Virus record (IMG/VR): IMGVR_UViG_3300006467_000282
Location: 1-64,000 of that record
Source of the DNA: a virus
Lineage: Duplodnaviria; Caudoviricetes
Strand: one strand, 5' to 3'
Length of the DNA stretch: 64,000 bases
The notes beneath the pieces are model-generated. The model was not told where the DNA came from. It did no database searches and saw nothing but the letters and a program-made list of their open reading frames with translations. Below are positions 29,974-37,948 of the stretch, one piece after another. Within the stretch, counting starts at the first letter, position 1, and each line of letters begins with the position of its first letter. The translations under genes were made by a program, and so were the position numbers.

Positions 29974-30735
29974 TTATACGTACTCCACTTTTATGCCTTT
30001 AAGTCGGCCACCATCTAATATTGAACCGGAATGCTCTGTCTTACTTTTGCTTGCTGGATATTTATCAAGAAGTTTACCGATTTCTGTTACTGCTCGTATT
30101 TTATCGGAATCGGATTTTGATGAATTGGAAATTTCTCTTAAATTTAGGATTAATTCATGACGTTCTAAGTCGACTTCATTCTCTACAAAGAATTTAATCT
30201 TCTGTATCAGAAGTGCTATATCTTCTTTTACAAGTAGTGAGGATGCTTTCGCATTAGCCAGGTTATTTTTTATGCCCGGCTCATTAAATGCTTTACGATA
30301 TAAATCGCCATTTCTAACGGAACCTTTTTTCGAGGAGGGCAAATATTCCTTTTCGAATACTAATTTTACAAAATTTTGCTCTTCTTCGGAAAGCGGAAGA
30401 AAGTTTTCATCTTCATCGAAAGGAAATTCATTTAATATTTCAATATCGTCATTCGATTCTTTCTTTCTTTCAATATCAAGAGCCCATGATTCATTTCGAA
30501 TGGCCGCCATTTTGACATTTATATCTATAACATCACTGATTGCTGCTTCAAATGTATCGATTTTATCTTTAACTGCTTTTTGGATTTGACTATCGGAATT
30601 GATTATTTTTTTAAGATCATTTATTGGTATATTAGTTTTCAATGACACTAAACCGAGCTTGCCGTTTAAACGATTAATCGTTTGCAACAACTCTTCTTTT
30701 TCTGTCTCATCGATTAATGTGGCTACATTATCCAT
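29974..30735 (-). CDS. terS: Terminase small subunit
   Basis: Directly upstream of TerL; YRKAF...ASSLL and SDSDKIRAVTEIGKLL. Confidence 0.7.
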   Translation of the reverse strand: MDNVATLIDETEKEELLQTINRLNGKLGLVSLKTNIPINDLKKIINSDSQIQKAVKDKIDTFEAAISDVIDINVKMAAIRNESWALDIERKKESNDDIEILNEFPFDEDENFLPLSEEEQNFVKLVFEKEYLPSSKKGSVRNGDLYRKAFNEPGIKNNLANAKASSLLVKEDIALLIQKIKFFVENEVDLERHELILNLREISNSSKSDSDKIRAVTEIGKLLDKYPASKSKTEHSGSILDGGRLKGIKVEYV

Positions 30736-30763
30736 AATAAATTAAAAATCCTCCGCTATATAA

Positions 30764-30792
30764 ACTTAACATATACTTATAGCGTTTGTAAA
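30764..30792 (-). promoter_or_regulatory. Putative promoter of the late operon
   Basis: TTTACA (30792-30787), 18 nt, TAAGTT preceded by TG; imperfect -10. Confidence 0.4.
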
Positions 30793-30834
30793 TAGTTTTT
30801 AACCTTTATAAGCCAGAAAAGACCGAAAACACCA

Positions 30835-30878
30835 ATTTGTTAATATATTGTTAACAAATGGTTAACTAATTGTTAACC
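30835..30878. repeat. Four 11-bp phased GTTAA(C/T) repeats
   Basis: GTTAAT 30839, GTTAAC 30850, 30861, 30872. Confidence 0.85.
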
Positions 30879-31217
30879 CTAATAAATGATAAATAGTGGG
30901 AACGGTTGATATCGGATAGTGTTCACTTTTTCGGAAACATAAATATTTTGCCGATTATTTATATACATTTGTAAAACCCGGAAATATGCACTAATAGTCT
31001 CCCCCTATTTTTTAGGGTAAATACTACTTTATAAAATAATACTTAATAAAGAACGTGCTTTTAATTCTTTTGTCCTTTATATAATGTTTCATATACATCA
31101 TAGTACTATTATTATGTAAACCTTTATTTCATAAAATTTGAATATAATTTGGAAGTTCTTCTATATATAATGGAGATGTTCTATTTCATATTTTTTAAAT
31201 CAACCAGGTATAAACAA

Positions 31218-31254
31218 AAAATCGGTGTAAGACAATATATCCTACACCGATTTT
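31218..31254 (-). terminator. Intrinsic terminator
   Basis: AAAATCGGTGTAG...TTACACCGATTTT then TTGTTT on the minus strand. Confidence 0.75.
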
Positions 31255-31406
31255 AACTTAACTTTAGTAAAGTACGAGTAAAGTAATCTGCTCTATGTGG
31301 TTTTTTATTAGAACATACCGTTTCTCCCTTTCAGCTTGTAATCGTTAATTACCTTAATTTAGTGTAATTAAACCTTTACTTAATAAATTATTAAACAAAC
31401 ATAATG

Positions 31407-31435
31407 ATTATATTACAAAGTAATACATATGTAAA
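31407..31435 (-). promoter_or_regulatory. Sigma70-type promoter
   Basis: TTTACA-N17-TATAAT. Confidence 0.7.
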
Positions 31436-31458
31436 CCCCTAAATCATATTTATTTTAC

Positions 31459-31548
31459 TATATACACAACAGTACAATATATACACAATTTTAGTACAAT
31501 ATATTTATAATAATATTATATACTTATATATATTGTACTAATTGTACT
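31459..31548. repeat. Iteron-like direct and inverted repeats AGTACAATATAT
   Basis: Direct copies 31471-82 and 31493-504, inverted copy 31528-39, partial copy 31541-48. Confidence 0.7.
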
Positions 31549-31762
31549 ATATAATATAAGTAGTAGGGGAGAGAAAAAATAATTTTAGAAGAAATTTAGG
31601 TGATTTAAAAAAAATCCTGTATATAAACTTTCAGCGTTTCACAAGTGTACATTTTGTACAACTTGGATAAACCCCTGGTATCATTAAAAATACTTTGTTT
31701 TACAAAAATACACAATTTACGTGTTTTTCACAATAAAACCTGATAATTGTCGTTCACACAGT

Positions 31763-31789
31763 AATAGGTATCACAATGTGATACCTATT
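31763..31789. repeat. 27-bp perfect palindrome
   Basis: AATAGGTATCACA-A-TGTGATACCTATT. Confidence 0.85.
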
Positions 31790-31824
31790 TATGTATTTAT
31801 AAATATAATTTAGGAATTCAGTTT

Positions 31825-34041
31825 TTAGAAAGGATATTCATCTTTGTAGATAGAATAACCCTCAATATAATCTTTTTTAATTTCTTCTTCATTGTAAGTC
31901 TGCGGGATTATGGGGTCTTCCCAATCTCTCGGCATTCCATTATCAAATCTATCACGAGCACCCTTAAGCGATCCTATTCCAAAAACAGCTAACGGATATC
32001 TACCACTACCTCTCGTTGCTTTACCAAACCTTAATCGTGTTCGTTTAACAGCTAAATACTTAACAATATCTTTTCTGAAGTTAAATCCTTTATGATGTAT
32101 ATTCTTCTCATTACACCAGATATTATATGATTCTTCTAATTTTTCTACTAATATTACATGTTTCCATCCCCCTTTATGCATGGAGTGGAGCTGACCCAGT
32201 TCTAAGCATTCTCTTGCAAATTGTTTTATAGGATCGTTCATTCGATCCATTTGATCTGATAAAGCTATTGTTTTCGGTGAGTCTTTCAGTTTCTTCAAAC
32301 ATACTTCTGTTTTTAACATATCATATAACATAGCTTCATAACCACCATTATCCATTTGCTTCTGGATCTTTTCAAAGTAATCATAATCTTCAGCATGTTT
32401 CGGATCTACATCAAACATAACGAAACGTCTGTCATTATCTTGAGCAGGTACTACCCAATCTTCGTTTGAGTTCATCCATATGTTTAGATGGGAAGCAACA
32501 GTTATTATATCAATTCCTTTTTTCTCAATGGATTGTGTTCTTGAAGTGATTCGTTCTTTAAGTTTTCCTACTTGACTCTTATCGCCTGCCCACATTGCTT
32601 CTTCAAGGGCAAGGAATACTGTGTTTGCAACTACTGTGTTAAATCTGCCTATCAAATGTTGAATATCGTCTGTCTTATAATAATGGAGGCCAAAGAATTC
32701 TCCAATTATTCTTCTTGCAAATGATTTACCTGTTCCAGTTCTTCCCCGGAACACTAATACTTTTCCAGGTCTTTCCCCACCAGGGTCTTGAAACATACGA
32801 GCAATCCACATTAATACGTAATCGCCATGACCTGGAGCCATAATTTCTGTTAAGTGATTCCTGAATAGTGACCAATCACCTTCTTTCGGTTCAAATTTTA
32901 AACCTCTCCATAAATTATAAGCACCATTATCCTCATCTTTAAATCCGTGCTGTGCTTCTTCTGAAGGTTCAAATATTATCCCTTTATATCTTCTTCTATA
33001 TGCGCTCTCTGCCCATATATCATATACAGATTTCTTTTTGCCTTTGACAAATTTAATCATATGCTTTGTTTCAGTTCGCATCGCAGCAGGTTGTATAAAC
33101 TCATATTCTTCTTCATCTTCTTTATCAAATCGCATAACCATAGGTTTACCACCAATAGTTATCTGTGCGTATTCCGTATTCATATTGAAGATTTCATCCT
33201 TTAAATCACTAAATGCAGCTATGTCATCATCATGAGTATCAATAAATCTATTAATTAATGACCGCATTTGAGATTCCAACTCACCTTCTCGGAGGGGAAC
33301 TTCACTTTTATCATTTATCGTTCTGCAAATAACCTGAATCGTATCGGCATTCATTCCCTGACGAATAAGCATTCCGACAGTCTTCTTGAGCATTTCTACA
33401 CGTTCACCGTCTTGCCAGCCATTCTCCTGAATTCTACTGAACCAATCGTCTTTCTTCTTTTTCCCTTTTTTACCCTTACCATTCGCACGGTCTTTCTTGT
33501 TTTGCACAAGATATTCCATGAGTTCCGGTGGCATAACAGCGACTTCAGAATTATCCATAACTGCATATGTCTTACCGGCACAGGATTTAGATCCAGCACC
33601 AACAACATAACCACCTTGAGTTCTGATATCAATACCACTCACACCAAATCCAACGTAGTTCTCAAAACCATTAACATGTCTGAAGTAAAAGTGTTTACCT
33701 CCCCGCGGAGTAGCTACTACAAATGTACGCGTGTCTTTAATAAGATCCTGAATAATAATAGTAGCTTCATCTGTATCAGTATCAACTACGAACAGATTAG
33801 ATAACTCACCACAAAGAACAGCATATCCATAAGCATTTTGATCCCGGAAATGCTTTGCTTTATTCCAGTTTAAAAGATCTAACTTTTTAACCCTGGTTGT
33901 TATGTATTGTTTCCATTCGAATTTATAGGGGGGAGCTTTCTTTTCTTTGCCATCTTGCGGGATGTAACATTTAATAGGTATGATATTCCAACCGCGATCT
34001 ACTGCTTGTGAAGCAGTTGTGAAGATTTGAGAATTATTCAT
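31825..34041 (-). CDS. Bifunctional primase-polymerase fused to an SF3/DUF5906-like helicase
   Basis: GWNIIP, VVDTD, TPRGGKHFYF, IDIRTQGGYVV; GRTGTGKS Walker A, LEEA. Confidence 0.88.
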   Translation of the reverse strand: MNNSQIFTTASQAVDRGWNIIPIKCYIPQDGKEKKAPPYKFEWKQYITTRVKKLDLLNWNKAKHFRDQNAYGYAVLCGELSNLFVVDTDTDEATIIIQDLIKDTRTFVVATPRGGKHFYFRHVNGFENYVGFGVSGIDIRTQGGYVVGAGSKSCAGKTYAVMDNSEVAVMPPELMEYLVQNKKDRANGKGKKGKKKKDDWFSRIQENGWQDGERVEMLKKTVGMLIRQGMNADTIQVICRTINDKSEVPLREGELESQMRSLINRFIDTHDDDIAAFSDLKDEIFNMNTEYAQITIGGKPMVMRFDKEDEEEYEFIQPAAMRTETKHMIKFVKGKKKSVYDIWAESAYRRRYKGIIFEPSEEAQHGFKDEDNGAYNLWRGLKFEPKEGDWSLFRNHLTEIMAPGHGDYVLMWIARMFQDPGGERPGKVLVFRGRTGTGKSFARRIIGEFFGLHYYKTDDIQHLIGRFNTVVANTVFLALEEAMWAGDKSQVGKLKERITSRTQSIEKKGIDIITVASHLNIWMNSNEDWVVPAQDNDRRFVMFDVDPKHAEDYDYFEKIQKQMDNGGYEAMLYDMLKTEVCLKKLKDSPKTIALSDQMDRMNDPIKQFARECLELGQLHSMHKGGWKHVILVEKLEESYNIWCNEKNIHHKGFNFRKDIVKYLAVKRTRLRFGKATRGSGRYPLAVFGIGSLKGARDRFDNGMPRDWEDPIIPQTYNEEEIKKDYIEGYSIYKDEYPF

Positions 34042-34143
34042 TTAAAATAATCCTCCTTTGTATTTTGAGCAAACATAATAGCCATAGACTATCTCCTTAT
34101 TCGTCGTATAAACACAGTAAAATGAATAATAACTAAGGGTAAT

Positions 34144-34389
34144 CTAAATGCGTAATCCAGCTTCCTTAGTAGACCTGTCCATCTCCGAATGATAAATTTC
34201 ATTCCAGAGATCAACCTGGGCTTCTTTGCTCATCTCGCTGATCTTTCTTAATTCTTGATCTGCGACATTCACAGCAGTGTCCATAAAAGTTTTTAGGATG
34301 CGTTTCTTAGATTTGCTGATGAGTTGCCCACTGCTTTTCATGGATTTGTGAACTACTTTATACTCTTCAGGTATATTCCTCGAGCTCAT
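34144..34389 (-). CDS. Hypothetical protein
   Basis: 81 aa, AAAGGAG RBS, downstream of a consensus promoter. Confidence 0.7.
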   Translation of the reverse strand: MSSRNIPEEYKVVHKSMKSSGQLISKSKKRILKTFMDTAVNVADQELRKISEMSKEAQVDLWNEIYHSEMDRSTKEAGLRI

Positions 34390-34466
34390 TATTCTCTCCT
34401 TTCGTGCACAATAAGTTATTGTTCCTCTGTCTTTGCCAATCGCTGTCTAACTCTAACTTAAGCCTT

Positions 34467-34495
34467 ATTATAAAATAATTAATAAATAATGTAAA
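34467..34495 (-). promoter_or_regulatory. Sigma70-type promoter for the primase unit
   Basis: TTTACA-N17-TATAAT. Confidence 0.75.
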
Positions 34496-34549
34496 TAAAA
34501 ATATAATAATATAAAATAGCGAAATATAGTCAATTATCGGCTTTTACTA

Positions 34550-34578
34550 TTTACAAAATAATGTAATTGCATTATAGT
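34550..34578 (+). promoter_or_regulatory. Sigma70-type promoter with no downstream protein gene
   Basis: TTTACA-N17-TATAGT. Confidence 0.7.
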
Positions 34579-34584
34579 TTACTT

Positions 34585-34695
34585 GTATTTGGATTTATTC
34601 TATCTCCAGTCCTCGTACAGACCGAGACGGCGTATTGTAGTATGCAACACACAGAAATCCCGGTAGACCTGAGCAATCTATCGGGATTTTTGCTT
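34585..34695 (+). ncRNA. Candidate small RNA of about 110 nt
   Basis: Bounded by the promoter at 34550 and the terminator at 34655-34695; no ORF with an RBS. Confidence 0.45.
34655..34695 (+). terminator. Intrinsic terminator, possibly bidirectional
   Basis: AAATCCCGGTAGA-N9-TCTATCGGGATTT then TTGCTTGTTT. Confidence 0.75.
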
Positions 34696-34697
34696 GT

Positions 34698-34967
34698 TTA
34701 ATATTTATTCATGATCGTCATATAGATTGTATTATCATCCCCATTTATTTCAGTAATTAAATATTCGTCTGCTATAATTGGTAATGGATCGCCTTTATCA
34801 TATACCATTATTACATATAAACGGCGTAAATCTAATTCCATAAGTATTTGGTATTCATAATATTTAGGCAATAGATTTAAACTTATATGATATAATATTG
34901 CGGATTTGTAATTATCCTTTACAAAGCTTTCTACTTCATACTTTCTACCTTCGATTATACAATGCAT
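34698..34967 (-). CDS. Hypothetical protein
   Basis: 89-aa ORF following the J-domain gene. Confidence 0.55.
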   Translation of the reverse strand: MHCIIEGRKYEVESFVKDNYKSAILYHISLNLLPKYYEYQILMELDLRRLYVIMVYDKGDPLPIIADEYLITEINGDDNTIYMTIMNKY

Positions 34968-34976
34968 AATTACATC

Positions 34977-35645
34977 TTATCTTGTATTTGTAGTATATTT
35001 GAATGTTCCTGAAGTTCCAGAGCTTTCAACATTCCCATGAATAAAATGATCAAATGTTTCTTCTCGTTCCAACGGATTAAACTCGTAATCATCTATAATA
35101 ACTATTAATGCTTCAAATACTTTGATATTCTTTTCAGTGTTGGATATGGAATTTTCTATATTTAACTTTTCATTCTTGATCATTTCTAAGAAAAGACTTT
35201 TAGCTGCGCCTTTATATTTAACGCGCCCTTCCATTTTTATAAGAACTTCATATCGTTTTTGGTGTTCTTCGATTTGCATTTCTGCATTTTCTATTTGAGC
35301 ATTAATCTGGTCTTCAAGCCGGTCAAATATATCAGCATATAGTATGCTATCATTGCTTGTATTATTCTTTAATATATTATCAATAATAACTCGAAGATTT
35401 TCCATTGCTAATTCTTGAATGGAAAGCTCTCTCTTTTCATCAGTATCGCCCGTTTCATCGTACCTTTTCTTTCGTTCAGGGTTGATTAAAATAGAATATG
35501 CAACGTTTACCTTATTAAATAATTCTGGATCTCCTCCGTGTTTATCCGGATGAGTTTTCTTTGCTCTTGCTCGGTAAGCTTTTTTGATTTCCTCCGGTGA
35601 AGCATCCTTTTTCACTCCCAGCTCTTCGTAAAGCTTCATTTCCAT
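34977..35645 (-). CDS. J-domain (DnaJ-like) protein
   Basis: LYEELGV...EIKKAYR..AKKTHPDK...YSILINPERKKRYD; HPD motif intact. Confidence 0.9.
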   Translation of the reverse strand: MEMKLYEELGVKKDASPEEIKKAYRARAKKTHPDKHGGDPELFNKVNVAYSILINPERKKRYDETGDTDEKRELSIQELAMENLRVIIDNILKNNTSNDSILYADIFDRLEDQINAQIENAEMQIEEHQKRYEVLIKMEGRVKYKGAAKSLFLEMIKNEKLNIENSISNTEKNIKVFEALIVIIDDYEFNPLEREETFDHFIHGNVESSGTSGTFKYTTNTR

Positions 35646-35670
35646 CTCCTTTGTTAAAAATTATAAAAAG

Positions 35671-35699
35671 ATCCTATCATAAAAAATAACCATTGTAAA
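35671..35699 (-). promoter_or_regulatory. Promoter for the J-domain gene
   Basis: TTTACA-N17-TAGGAT. Confidence 0.55.
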
Positions 35700-35720
35700 T
35701 ATAAAATAATTATTTTTCAT

Positions 35721-35749
35721 TTTACAAATAAGAATTTATGTGTTATTAT
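35721..35749 (+). promoter_or_regulatory. Sigma70-type promoter
   Basis: TTTACA-N17-TATTAT. Confidence 0.6.
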
Positions 35750-35780
35750 CTATTTGTAAAATAAACTTGTAGGAGGTTAA

Positions 35781-35888
35781 ATGAAAAAATTTCTAATAAA
35801 AATAATTCAAGCAATCATCCTTACAGCAGTTATGGTAATCGGTAGTCATTTATTATATAAACTTTTAAGCTCAATCAGTTCAATATAA
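35781..35888 (+). CDS. 35-aa single-TM peptide (not in ORF track)
   Basis: AGGAGG RBS; MKKFLIKIIQAIILTAVMVIGSHLLYKLLSSISSI. Confidence 0.6.
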   Translation: MKKFLIKIIQAIILTAVMVIGSHLLYKLLSSISSI

Positions 35889-35904
35889 TTGGAGGAACCA
35901 GATA

Positions 35905-36144
35905 ATGGAACAAGATAACATATTAATTAAGTTATTGAAGTCACTATTTATTTTTATTATAGTAATAGGCTTAAGCATTGCTATTAGTTTAATTACGGAT
36001 TGGTATTTCAGATTACCAGTTATTCATCAGTCATATTCATCTAAGGAATGTATCAAGATCATGATCGAAGGTGAAGAGTATGACTGTTCCAGGTTTGAGG
36101 AACTCACTAATAATCTTAAATACAGACGAGAATGGGTGAAATAA
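35905..36144 (+). CDS. Membrane-anchored hypothetical protein
   Basis: 79 aa, N-terminal TM, GGAGG RBS. Confidence 0.65.
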   Translation: MEQDNILIKLLKSLFIFIIVIGLSIAISLITDWYFRLPVIHQSYSSKECIKIMIEGEEYDCSRFEELTNNLKYRREWVK

Positions 36145-36148
36145 GATA

Positions 36149-36177
36149 TTTACAAAATAATTAAATTGTGTTATATT
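36149..36177 (+). promoter_or_regulatory. Sigma70-type promoter
   Basis: TTTACA-N17-TATATT. Confidence 0.65.
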
Positions 36178-36202
36178 TATATCATAAATTAATGCTTAAG
36201 GA

Positions 36203-36607
36203 GTGTTTATGTTAAGAGTAAGATTTAAAGCAAATCATGATGATTATCGGCCAGTGAATTGGCCAGTAAAACATCCATATTGGTGTTCAGGCTATGGGGA
36301 TGATTATTCTATCGTTATTTCATATGCTGATAATACCGATTATATTTATGAGAATTGGCCTGAGGCAAAAGATTTAGACTCGGAAGAAGTTGAAGGTTAT
36401 ACATTTACAGACCGGTTTCCAAAACCGGAATGGTTTGACGAAATAAAAACATATTGCAATATCTGTGAGCGAAGATTAAACAATCCAGAAGACCCAACAA
36501 CTAAGGATTGCGGTGGGGATTGTTTAAAATGTATGGCAGAAGTTGCAGAAGACCCCGATTGTATTATTGAATTAAATAAATTAAGGAGAAGCGATGACAA
36601 AAATTGA
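36203..36607 (+). CDS. Hypothetical protein with a C-terminal Cys cluster
   Basis: DDYRPVNWPVKHPYWCSG; CNIC...CGGDCLKC...C. Confidence 0.7.
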   Translation: MFMLRVRFKANHDDYRPVNWPVKHPYWCSGYGDDYSIVISYADNTDYIYENWPEAKDLDSEEVEGYTFTDRFPKPEWFDEIKTYCNICERRLNNPEDPTTKDCGGDCLKCMAEVAEDPDCIIELNKLRRSDDKN

Positions 36608-36794
36608 TGGTTATTTAACAACAGATGAAGTAGCAGAATTACATGGAGTTTCAAGAGGCAATGTTATCCACTGGATAACTGCTGGGGATCTTCAAGCAGT
36701 AAAGGTGAATCAGATTTGGCTAATCAAAAAAGAAGATGCTGAGAATTATGAAAGGCGTCCAATCCCGGGGAGACCAAAAAAGAATGAAAAATAA
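36594..36794 (+). CDS. Excisionase-like winged-HTH DNA-binding protein
   Basis: YLTTDEVAELHGVSRGNVIHWITAGDLQAVKV..WLI. Confidence 0.8.
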   Translation: MTKIDGYLTTDEVAELHGVSRGNVIHWITAGDLQAVKVNQIWLIKKEDAENYERRPIPGRPKKNEK

Positions 36795-37002
36795 AAGCAT
36801 TGAAGTTTGCATTCATGTTTTAGGAACCAGTGAACAAGCAATCTTTACTTGTGAAGATATCGAGAAAAAACATATTAAAATTGTGATTCCCAAATCGCAA
36901 GTCGAGCTAATCAGTGTAGGTTCATATAGTGACATTAGTTATGGCGATGCAGTTGATATAAAACTCCCCCGCTGGTTAGCAATTGATAAAGGATTAGTAT
37001 GA
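36784..37002 (+). CDS. Hypothetical protein
   Basis: VIPKSQVE...LPRWLAIDKGL; start placed at the internal ATG that overlaps the end of the upstream gene. Confidence 0.6.
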   Translation: MKNKSIEVCIHVLGTSEQAIFTCEDIEKKHIKIVIPKSQVELISVGSYSDISYGDAVDIKLPRWLAIDKGLV

Positions 37003-37259
37003 AAGAATTTACTATAAAAGTCGAAACAGAAGTAAAGATCGTTATTGATGAAGATAAATGGGACCAAAAATCATTATCTGAATGGGCTAAGAATTTCCGT
37101 TCCTTCGATCAGTTTTATCCAGTAGTACAAAGTCTTGGATTATTAATTAATCGTTCCCTCTTAAGCCAAGATCCTGAAAAGACAACAAAGGGAAAACTTA
37201 AACAAAACAGTTTACTGATTAATGTCGGAAACGGCACTATGGATATTAGACTGATATAA
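36999..37259 (+). CDS. Hypothetical protein
   Basis: 86 aa, ATGA overlap. Confidence 0.6.
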   Translation: MKEFTIKVETEVKIVIDEDKWDQKSLSEWAKNFRSFDQFYPVVQSLGLLINRSLLSQDPEKTTKGKLKQNSLLINVGNGTMDIRLI

Positions 37260-37273
37260 CTGGAGGGATCTTA

Positions 37274-37498
37274 ATGGAATTTGATATTTGGACCGAAGGT
37301 TATAGTGCTACTGGAGATTCATCTACTGCTCAGTTTCATGGAACATTTGAAGGTGAAAACTTCTCTGATGCAGTTAAGGCATTTAGGGATTCTTTATCAG
37401 ATCAGCATTCAATACAATGTATTAATTTAAAAAACTTAACATTTTGGGGATGTAGATTTTTTGATAATGAAAATGATGCAAGAAAATCTTTCGGATAA
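37274..37498 (+). CDS. Hypothetical protein
   Basis: 74 aa, GGAGG RBS. Confidence 0.7.
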   Translation: MEFDIWTEGYSATGDSSTAQFHGTFEGENFSDAVKAFRDSLSDQHSIQCINLKNLTFWGCRFFDNENDARKSFG

Positions 37499-37523
37499 TA
37501 ATTAATATGACTGGAGATACTTA

Positions 37524-37685
37524 ATGGAATACGGAATAGGTTATTATTGGGTGAAGTTCTATAATCATGATAAGCAAATGATTATGTATTTTAATGGTTT
37601 ACATTTTGAAAGTTTTAAATCGGACGAAGTCCCTCATGATGAAATTGATCATGCATCCGTTAAAAAGGTTGAGTTTCCTATATGA
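37524..37685 (+). CDS. Hypothetical 53-aa protein (not in ORF track)
   Basis: GGAG RBS; MEYGIGYYWVKF...; ATGA overlap with the next gene. Confidence 0.55.
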   Translation: MEYGIGYYWVKFYNHDKQMIMYFNGLHFESFKSDEVPHDEIDHASVKKVEFPI

Positions 37686-37948
37686 AATTATTCCTATTAT
37701 GCATTCTTATTTTCTTTTATTTGGCGATATTAATTTGGACTTTTTGGGAAGATCGAACAGGAACATATTGGAGTTGGGATAGCGGAGAACTAACCCGTAC
37801 AACAACATATGCTGATAAAACTACAAAAGGTTTTTGGTGGGCTGCTATATGGCCTCTTCGATTTGTTTATTTCTTTATAAATAATCTCTTATACCTAATA
37901 AAAGAATTAGGTAAATTAGTTTTATTAGGAATCGGAATTAAACTATGA
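37682..37948 (+). CDS. Membrane hypothetical protein
   Basis: 88 aa, two hydrophobic segments. Confidence 0.6.
   Translation: MKLFLLCILIFFYLAILIWTFWEDRTGTYWSWDSGELTRTTTYADKTTKGFWWAAIWPLRFVYFFINNLLYLIKELGKLVLLGIGIKL

Noticed and set aside
417-30589. Plus-strand ORFs over the structural operon (for example 5279..5716, 14386..14766, 18647..18961)
   Set aside because: Antisense shadows of well-supported minus-strand genes; no RBS, and compositions typical of reverse-frame reading.
36594-36794. Evidence of lysogeny from the excisionase-like HTH
   Set aside because: No integrase, repressor pair or att site in the window; such HTHs are common in lytic phages.
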